A program made the position numbers and the translations under genes. A stretch of 23,170 nucleotides of DNA, from assembly GCA_031364845.1 (NCBI GenBank), contig JANLWX010000192.1, positions 1 through 23,170 on the forward strand, read 5' to 3'. Of this stretch, positions 17,329-23,170 are shown piece by piece. Numbering within the stretch: position 1 is the first letter of the stretch; each line of letters starts with the position of its first letter. The notes beneath the pieces are model-generated. The model was not told the DNA's origin, did not search any database, and was given only the letters and a program-made list of their open reading frames with translations. The stretch comes from Candidatus Eiseniibacteriota bacterium (GTDB lineage Bacteria; Eisenbacteria; RBG-16-71-46).

Positions 17329-18498
17329 TCAGTCCTTGGCCATGTCGCGGTTCGGGGTGCGGCCGTCGCCGGCCGAGCCGGGCTTGAGCGACAGCATGCG
17401 GTCGAGCGCCACGCGCGCGTGGTGCTTCACGTCGTCGGGAACCCGGATCGGATTCACGACGTGTCCGGCGGCGAGGTTCTCGAAAGTCCACAGCAGATGC
17501 GCGGGATCGATGCGGTTCATGGTCGCGCACGGACACACGTTCTTTTGCAGCGAATGGATGTTCTGTTCCGGATGCTCGAGCGCGAGCCGGTTCACGAGAT
17601 TGATCTCGGTGCCGATCGCCCAATGGGTTCCGGCAGGAGCTTGCTTCACCTGCTCGATGATGAACTCGGTCGAGCCCACGAGATCCGCGTTCTGGACCAC
17701 ATCGAACGGGCACTCGGGATGGACCAGCACCTTCACCGCGGGATCGGCCGCGCGCTCCGCGTCGATCTGGCGCTTCTGGAATTTGGTGTGCACCGAACAG
17801 AACCCGCGCCACAGGATGATGCGGGTCTCGGGCCGGAACGCGCGCGCGTTTGCTGAATCGGGATCCTCGGCGCGAAAGTCCCACTCCGCCATGTGATCGA
17901 GCGGCACACCCATCGCGTACGCCGTATTGCGGCCCAGGTGCTGATCGGGAAAGAAGAACACGCGCGATTTGCGCGCCCACGCCCACTCGAGCACCGCCTG
18001 CGCGTTGGACGAGGTGCACACGACACCGCCGTGCGCGCCGCAGAACGCCTTCAACGCTGCGGTCGAATTCATGTAGGTGACCGGCACCATGGTGTCGCCG
18101 TGCACGCGGGTGAGCCTCTCCCACGCCTCTTCGACGTCCTCGTTGATCGCCATGTCGGCCATCGAGCAGCCGGCCTTCATGTCAGGCAGGATCACGGTCT
18201 GGTGCGGCCGGCGCAGAACGTCGGCCGACTCGGCCATGAAGTGCACGCCGCAGAACACGATGAACTCGGCGGACCCGGTGTTCGCCGCGAGCTGTGCCAA
18301 CTTGAGCGAGTCCCCGCGGAAGTCCGCGAACTCGATCACGCTCTCGCGCTGATAGTGATGCCCGAGCACGACCGCGCGGCTGCCCAGCGCACGCCGGGCC
18401 GCCCATGCGCGCTCGCGGATCTGCGCGGCATCGAGCCGCGCGTAGTCCGAGAAGGGAAAGGCATCGGGCGCGTGACGGGTTTCCGGGGCGAGGGTCAT
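17329..18498 (-). CDS. nadA: Quinolinate synthase (Bacillus-type NadA)
   Basis: GHHYQR, FCGVHFMAE, AGCSMAD, YMNS, GFCSVH, HPEC and CPCATM. Start at ATG 18498, downstream of GGAG. Confidence 0.95.
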   Translation of the reverse strand: MTLAPETRHAPDAFPFSDYARLDAAQIRERAWAARRALGSRAVVLGHHYQRESVIEFADFRGDSLKLAQLAANTGSAEFIVFCGVHFMAESADVLRRPHQTVILPDMKAGCSMADMAINEDVEEAWERLTRVHGDTMVPVTYMNSTAALKAFCGAHGGVVCTSSNAQAVLEWAWARKSRVFFFPDQHLGRNTAYAMGVPLDHMAEWDFRAEDPDSANARAFRPETRIILWRGFCSVHTKFQKRQIDAERAADPAVKVLVHPECPFDVVQNADLVGSTEFIIEQVKQAPAGTHWAIGTEINLVNRLALEHPEQNIHSLQKNVCPCATMNRIDPAHLLWTFENLAAGHVVNPIRVPDDVKHHARVALDRMLSLKPGSAGDGRTPNRDMAKD

Positions 18499-18514
18499 CG
18501 GGGAGCTCCGCCGC

Positions 18515-18961
18515 TCAGGCGGCGTCGCCGCGCGGCACCGGACGGCGGGTCGCGAAACTGCCATCGAGCGCGTGCCAGTGCGAGACTTCGGGCTCTCCGA
18601 GCTTCCAGCACAGGAAGATCAGCCGGTCGCCATTGAGCGCGTAGAAGTCGACCAGACCCTGGCCGAGATCCTTGATGACGCAGCCGTGGCGATGAATCCG
18701 TTTGAGGCCACGGCTCAGCAACGCCTTCAGTTCCACGCGCTGCACCCCGAGCGTCTTCAGCTCGAGCACGTCGGGGTTGTCGTCGCTCGCGCCGGCGATG
18801 GCCAGCTCGAGCACGTCGATGCGGCCTTGAACACGCGCCGCTTCACGCCCCGCCTGGACGAGTGCCTCCAATTCGGGGGCGATCTCCTCGATGACGCGAT
18901 TGGCCTCGGCGACGGTGAACAGCGTCAGCCGCGTGCCGTGAATCCGGTCAGTGTCCGCCAC
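18515..18961 (-). CDS. DUF2203 family protein
   Basis: FTVAEAN...IKDLGQGLVDFY...IFLCWKLGEPEVSHWH...F.TRRP. I placed the start at GTG 18961, about 8 nt after GGAGG, overlapping the end of the iscA-like gene. Confidence 0.85.
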   Translation of the reverse strand: MADTDRIHGTRLTLFTVAEANRVIEEIAPELEALVQAGREAARVQGRIDVLELAIAGASDDNPDVLELKTLGVQRVELKALLSRGLKRIHRHGCVIKDLGQGLVDFYALNGDRLIFLCWKLGEPEVSHWHALDGSFATRRPVPRGDAA

Positions 18962-19349
18962 AGCCGCAACCTCCGCCTCCGCAGCCGCAGCCTCCCGATT
19001 TCGCGGGGGCATCCGCCGCGGACTCTTCGGTCTGGAACGACCGGCCGCAGCCGCATCCGCTCTTCGCCTTCGGATTGGAGATCGTGAAGCCCGAGGACTG
19101 CAGCGTCTCGACGTAGTCGATCTTCGCCCCTTCGAGGAGCACCGCGCTCTGCGGATCGACCAGCACCTTGATGCCCTCGAATTCGCCGACCCAGTCGCCG
19201 TCCTCGGCCTTGGGGGCGAGCATCATGCCGTATTCATGGCCCGAACAGCCGCCCGCGTACACGGCGACGCGCAACCCGAACGCAGGCTCGGTCTGCTGCT
19301 TCAACACTTCGTCGATCTTCCGCGTCGCAGCTTCCGTTACCGTGATCAT
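18948..19349 (-). CDS. A-type Fe-S carrier (HesB/IscA/ErpA family) with a Cys/Gly-rich C-terminal extension
   Basis: MITVTEAA, GGCSG, IDYVE and NPKAKSGCGCGRSF. RBS AGGAG. Confidence 0.92.
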   Translation of the reverse strand: MITVTEAATRKIDEVLKQQTEPAFGLRVAVYAGGCSGHEYGMMLAPKAEDGDWVGEFEGIKVLVDPQSAVLLEGAKIDYVETLQSSGFTISNPKAKSGCGCGRSFQTEESAADAPAKSGGCGCGGGGCGCGGH

Positions 19350-19373
19350 GTCTGGAATTCTCCTGTAGTCGCG

Positions 19374-20087
19374 TTAGGGGGCCGGGTCTCGCGGCTTCAC
19401 GCTCCCGGCGACTTCCCAGGCACGTGCTGCCGGAACCTGAACCACCTCCGGGTAGCCGAATTCGGCCGCGATTTCGCGGACGACCCGCTCCCGAACTTCC
19501 CCGAGGCCGGGGGCATCCTTCCCCCGGAGCACGGCCATGGACGTCATCCGCACGCCGTCCAGGCCGCACGGGTGGATCAATTCGAAGCCGGCCAGGTCGG
19601 GTTGAACGTTGAGGGCGAATCCATGATAGCTGACCCAGCGGCGGACGGCGATGCCGATCGAGGCCACCTTCTCGGGTCCGACCCACACGCCGGTCCTTCC
19701 GGCGGAGCGTTCGCCTGTAATTCCGTAGGCCGCGAGTACCGCGATCAGGACCTGTTCGATGCTGCGCAGGAACTTATGGAGGTCCCGATTTCGTGGAGTC
19801 AGGTCGAAAATGGGGTAGCCGACCAGCTGCCCGGGCCCGTGCCACGTGATGTCGCCGCCGCGGCGCACCTCGAACACTTCGATTCCGCGCTCTCGCAGCG
19901 TATCAGGCGAGGCAAGCAGCGACCCGTCGCTCGGATTGCGCCCGACCGTGAGGACCGGCGGATGGTCGGGGAATAACACCCAATCCCCCGTCGCCCCCGC
20001 CGCGCGCGCCTCGACCAGCGCCTCCTGGAGCTCGAGCCCCTCGCGGTAGCCGAGCGGGCCCAAGTGGCAGACGTGGAGCATCGACAT
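19374..20087 (-). CDS. lipB: Lipoyl(octanoyl) transferase
   Basis: DHPPVLTVGR, RGGDITWHGPGQLVGYPI, KVASIG, HGFALN and IHPCG. Confidence 0.95.
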   Translation of the reverse strand: MSMLHVCHLGPLGYREGLELQEALVEARAAGATGDWVLFPDHPPVLTVGRNPSDGSLLASPDTLRERGIEVFEVRRGGDITWHGPGQLVGYPIFDLTPRNRDLHKFLRSIEQVLIAVLAAYGITGERSAGRTGVWVGPEKVASIGIAVRRWVSYHGFALNVQPDLAGFELIHPCGLDGVRMTSMAVLRGKDAPGLGEVRERVVREIAAEFGYPEVVQVPAARAWEVAGSVKPRDPAP

Positions 20088-20122
20088 CAAAGACTCTCAG
20101 TTTGGGCGATGGAACGCGGCGC

Positions 20123-20356
20123 TTACGCGGATCTCAGGTAGGGACGGACGGTCACCAAGTCGTTCTCCACGACGGGCCGAACATCAATGGCCGTCAGCGT
20201 CACGAGAGCTTCAGTTCGCCCTGATGCGGTAATGAACTCGACCTCAAGCCCGTCGGGTTCGTAAAGCTCAACCACAGCTCCGAGGTCGCCCCTCTTCAGC
20301 CCATGACCGGGCAGATCCTTCTCCAGCACGACAACGTCCAGGCGACGAAACTTCAC
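20123..20356 (-). CDS. DUF4926 domain protein
   Basis: LDVVVLEKDLP..GLKRGDLGAVVELY...EVEF...GRT.ALVTL pattern. GGGAGG precedes the GTG start. Confidence 0.82.
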   Translation of the reverse strand: MKFRRLDVVVLEKDLPGHGLKRGDLGAVVELYEPDGLEVEFITASGRTEALVTLTAIDVRPVVENDLVTVRPYLRSA

Positions 20357-20414
20357 GGAGTACCTCCCGCCAGAGGCGGCAGCTTGTCGATGAGTTACGC
20401 GCAGCCGTGGAACG

Positions 20415-20636
20415 TTAGCCGCGCGTACGGGCCGCCTGAGTGATTCTCAGTTGTGTCCCCGCGTATGCCTCCCTCCCCACCGTATCCAGCGGCGGGAGGG
20501 TGTACTCGTTTCGGCGAATGAGTCCCTTCTCCTTCATCTGCGCGTAGAACGTCTCAAGATGGACCAGCGATTCAGACTTCGGCTCACGTGGAGTCCATGC
20601 TTCGATGGTCGTCGCGACACGCTGCTCAATCGTCAT
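20415..20636 (-). CDS. Small hypothetical protein (73 aa) directly downstream of the SDH protease
   Basis: GAGG overlaps the protease stop codon and the ATG follows 8 nt after that stop. The composition looks protein-like (LETFYAQMKEKGLIRRNEYTLPPLDTVG). Confidence 0.7.
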   Translation of the reverse strand: MTIEQRVATTIEAWTPREPKSESLVHLETFYAQMKEKGLIRRNEYTLPPLDTVGREAYAGTQLRITQAARTRG

Positions 20637-20644
20637 CAGGGACC

Positions 20645-21511
20645 TCAGAAGAAGTTGCGGCTGTGAAGAAAGTTGCCGAAGTTGTTCCGGACGATGTAAT
20701 CCACAATGAGGTCATTATACGCGCGGATCATCGGCCTGAGCTTCTCGTCAGTTGAGTAGTCTTCGATCACTAGACGCAACACGCCTCGGAGCGTCTCCGG
20801 GCCGATCATCCGACCGTGTGAGTGCCACCGGCGATTGTCTCCCAGAATCCTCGCGATCTCTTCGGCGCGGGCTTGCTTCTCGTCGTCCGTAACCGGTTGC
20901 CCCAGCTTCGCTGGATCGTGTTTGTGGGTCTTCCAGTCCTTGAACTTGTACTGGACCAACCATTGCTTGAGAAGCGTCACCGTGAGGTTCCTTTGCTGCT
21001 CGTAGCGACTCAAAGTGGCGAGGTCCTGGCCCTGAAGGATGAGGAACTCGGCATCCGTGAGCTGGTTGTTCCGAGCCTTCTCCAACAGCTCCTCCACCTT
21101 GTCAAGGTAGCCGAGCGCGGGCACCCATTCCTTGCCATTCCATACCTGCGGGTCAATGGGGCCGAGGGACGAGGAGTAGTCCATGAAAATTTTGTCCCCG
21201 GACATGCACCAGATCGTACCAGCCGACATCGCGAAATCCGGGACGACGAAGGACACCTCCCCGTAGTGAAAGCGCATGATGCGGACCATCTTCTCTACGG
21301 TTTCCGCGCTGCCGCCGCCCGTGTTGAGGAGCATGACAAGACGCCTGTGGGCCTTCTCCGCAGCGAGTTTCTCAATGAAGTCACGGAAGGGCTTATCATG
21401 GCCCGGTGCAATGATGCCGTAGTAGAAAATCACGTCGGCGTCGAAATGAGCTTCGAGAGCGCCGAGGCGCTCACCGAGCCAATCTTTGGCCCTTTGATCT
21501 AGGATCAGCAA
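20645..21511 (-). CDS. SDH-family Clp-fold serine protease (SDH_sah-like)
   Basis: LNTGGGS, AMSAGT (nucleophile Ser), SSLGPIDPQ (Asp) and WHSHGRMI (His). No signal peptide or transmembrane segment is visible. The likely start is TTG 21511 after GGGGAG; the track gives GTG 21535. Confidence 0.87.
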   Translation of the reverse strand: MLILDQRAKDWLGERLGALEAHFDADVIFYYGIIAPGHDKPFRDFIEKLAAEKAHRRLVMLLNTGGGSAETVEKMVRIMRFHYGEVSFVVPDFAMSAGTIWCMSGDKIFMDYSSSLGPIDPQVWNGKEWVPALGYLDKVEELLEKARNNQLTDAEFLILQGQDLATLSRYEQQRNLTVTLLKQWLVQYKFKDWKTHKHDPAKLGQPVTDDEKQARAEEIARILGDNRRWHSHGRMIGPETLRGVLRLVIEDYSTDEKLRPMIRAYNDLIVDYIVRNNFGNFLHSRNFF

Positions 21512-21561
21512 CGTACTCTCCCCGTTTGAGGACACTCAGGGGACCACCGACTTCCATACAC

Positions 21562-21591
21562 ATGGTACTTGTGTCGAACTCGAGCCGGCAA
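21562..21591 (-). promoter_or_regulatory. Candidate sigma70-type promoter for the protease islet
   Basis: On the minus strand, TTGCCG-N18-TACCAT lies about 50 nt upstream of the protease start. Confidence 0.4.
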
Positions 21592-21700
21592 CGTGAGCGG
21601 GTCATGCTTGAAGTCGTCGAGTGATACGTGCGCCAGCATTGGTGGGATTAGCGCCGTAGCAACTCGACTCGCCCGAGGCTCCATGCGATCCCGGGTGCAC

Positions 21701-21802
21701 TCAGCGGCACATGATCTTCAACGAGCCCCATGCTCTGTGAACCACCGGTGTCGGGCCGAGGCTCTTGGGATCGATGGTGGCCCGCTCGGCGAAATCCTTC
21801 AT
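21701..21802 (-). pseudogene. 33-codon ORF or gene remnant ending in a degenerate TWGxLKxxYR tail
   Basis: It translates as MKDFAERATIDPKSLGPTPVVHRAWGSLKIMCR*, and its ATG overlaps the E2 stop (ATGA). The end aligns without gaps to GPTPTNPSTWGRLKILYR* of the NHL protein. Confidence 0.6.
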
Positions 21803-23170
21803 GCGTAGAACCACAGCAGCTCCGGCCGCTCGAGCAGCTCACACACGCGGCGCAGGAACTTCACCGCCAGCTCACCGTCGATCACGCGATGGTCGAAGCC
21901 GATCACGGTGTTCATCATCGGGCGCGCGACGATCTGCCCGTCGCGGATCACCGGGCGGTCGACGATCTTGTGCACGCCGAGAATCCCGACCTCGGGATAG
22001 TTGATCACGGGCGACGAGTTGATCGCGCCGAACACGCCGGCATTCGAGATGCTGAACGTGCTGTCCTGGATCTCGTCGGGCTTGAGGCGGTCGGTGCGCG
22101 CGCGCTGCGCGATGTCCCCGAGCTCGGCGGCGAGCTGGGCGATGTTCTTGCGATCGCAATCCTTGATGTTCGGAACGATCAGGCCCTTGTCGCCACGCCC
22201 GACGGCGAAGCCGACGTTGTAGTAGCGCTTGAGCACCATCGATTCGCCCTTGACCTCGCCGTTCATCCACGGGAATTCCTTGAGCGCGAACACGGCCGCC
22301 TTGATGAAGAACGGCATGTACGTGAGCTTCACGCCCTGCGCTTCGAGCTTCGGACCCCATTCCTTCTTGAGGGCCACGATCGCGCTGAGATCGACTTCGT
22401 CGAAGCAGTGCGTGTGAGCTGCGCTGTGCTTCGCCTTGATCATGTTCTCGGCGATCAGCTTGCGCACCTTGGTGAACGGGATCGTCTGGGTGCGTTCGCC
22501 GTTCGTGGCCGCCGACATGCCGGCCTGCAGGAACGAGGGAAGCGGCCCGGCAGCGGCACGTGCCGGCGCGGGTGCCGCGGGAGCGGCGCTTGCGGAGACG
22601 GCGGCGGGTGCGGCGGTGCGGTGCTCGAGATACTCGAGCAGATCGTCGCGCGTGACGCGGCCCGATACACCCGAGCCCGCGATCGCCGCGAGTTCCGCAT
22701 GCGCGACGTTCTGATCACGCATGATCTTGCGCACGGCCGGCGAGAGGCTACGGTCGCTCTCGAGATCGGCGCCGTTGCCGCCGGACGCCGCGTGGACCGG
22801 CTCCGCCACCGCCGCGTACTGCGGCGCGCGAGCAGGCGACGAAGCGGGTGCAGAGGCTGTCTTCGCCGGGGCGGCGGCCGGCGCTGCGGCCGCTTTCGCG
22901 GGAGCGGCGGCGGGAGCCGCGACTCCGGCGCCTTCGGCCGCGGTCGCCAGCACTCCGATTTCGGTTCCGACCAGCACCGTCGTGCCCTCGGCGATCACGA
23001 TCGACTGGAGCGTTCCCTCGGCAGGCGAGGGAATCTCGACGTTGATCTTGTCGGTCTGGATCTCGACCAGCGGCTCTTCTTTGCGCACACGGTCACCGAC
23101 TGCCTTGAGCCACTTGGATACGGTCCCCTCGGCAACGCTTTCACCGAGCTGCGGGACGACGATCGAAACG
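21799..23170 (-). CDS. 2-oxoacid dehydrogenase E2 (dihydrolipoamide acyltransferase), start just outside the window
   Basis: Lipoyl domain VPQLGESVAEGTVSKWLK...EIQTDKINVEIPSP (extended by hand to the window edge), Ala/Pro linkers, E3-binding LSPAVRK...GSGVSGRVTRDD, and catalytic DHRVIDG. Substrate specificity (sucB, pdhC or bkd) cannot be resolved. Confidence 0.93.
   Translation of the reverse strand, partial: VSIVVPQLGESVAEGTVSKWLKAVGDRVRKEEPLVEIQTDKINVEIPSPAEGTLQSIVIAEGTTVLVGTEIGVLATAAEGAGVAAPAAAPAKAAAAPAAAPAKTASAPASSPARAPQYAAVAEPVHAASGGNGADLESDRSLSPAVRKIMRDQNVAHAELAAIAGSGVSGRVTRDDLLEYLEHRTAAPAAVSASAAPAAPAPARAAAGPLPSFLQAGMSAATNGERTQTIPFTKVRKLIAENMIKAKHSAAHTHCFDEVDLSAIVALKKEWGPKLEAQGVKLTYMPFFIKAAVFALKEFPWMNGEVKGESMVLKRYYNVGFAVGRGDKGLIVPNIKDCDRKNIAQLAAELGDIAQRARTDRLKPDEIQDSTFSISNAGVFGAINSSPVINYPEVGILGVHKIVDRPVIRDGQIVARPMMNTVIGFDHRVIDGELAVKFLRRVCELLERPELLWFYA

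Noticed and set aside
17327..18124. 620-aa LipA with a long N-terminal extension (possible nadA-lipA fusion)
   Set aside because: The extension overlaps nadA in another frame. nadA has its own stop at 17329 and lipA its own ATG at 17326.
20357..20420. GGCTAAC at the small-ORF stop, and CGTTCCA shortly after two islet stop codons, as possible integron attC remnants
   Set aside because: I found no matching GTTRRRY box or extended attC-type palindrome, and there is no integrase in the window.
22540..22960. Ala/Pro-rich low-complexity repeats in the E2 gene
   Set aside because: These are ordinary flexible inter-domain linkers of E2 subunits.

Overview
A high-GC bacterial chromosomal window. The FlgD-Ig-type C-terminal domain and the short C-terminal 'PTPxxxxTWGxLKxxYR' tail suggest a Ca. 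Eisenbacteria/Latescibacteria-like lineage, but that is an inference. From left to right: (i) a large secreted minus-strand FG-GAP plus 8x FnIII-like protein that the ORF track missed because it runs off the left edge (<1..3837); (ii) two tandem signal-peptide-bearing M3 oligopeptidase paralogs followed by an MFS transporter; (iii) an accessory stretch with a six-repeat NHL beta-propeller protein, a Gmad2-domain lipoprotein, a PolB-like 3'-5' exonuclease and an MntA/HepT toxin-antitoxin pair; (iv) a minus-strand cluster of 2-oxoacid dehydrogenase E2, lipB, iscA-like, DUF2203, nadA, lipA and a secreted CBM34/CBM48/GH13/FlgD-Ig enzyme. Between E2 and lipB sits an islet of about 1.7 kb encoding an SDH-type Clp-fold protease, a 73-aa partner and a DUF4926 protein. 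The islet also holds an unannotated 33-codon ORF that ends in a degenerate copy of the TWGxLK tail. The best candidates for novel biology are the protease islet, the TWGxLKxxYR tail, codon-level diversification in the NHL repeats, and the Fe-S/lipoate/NAD operon. All family assignments come from motif recognition by eye; no searches were run.
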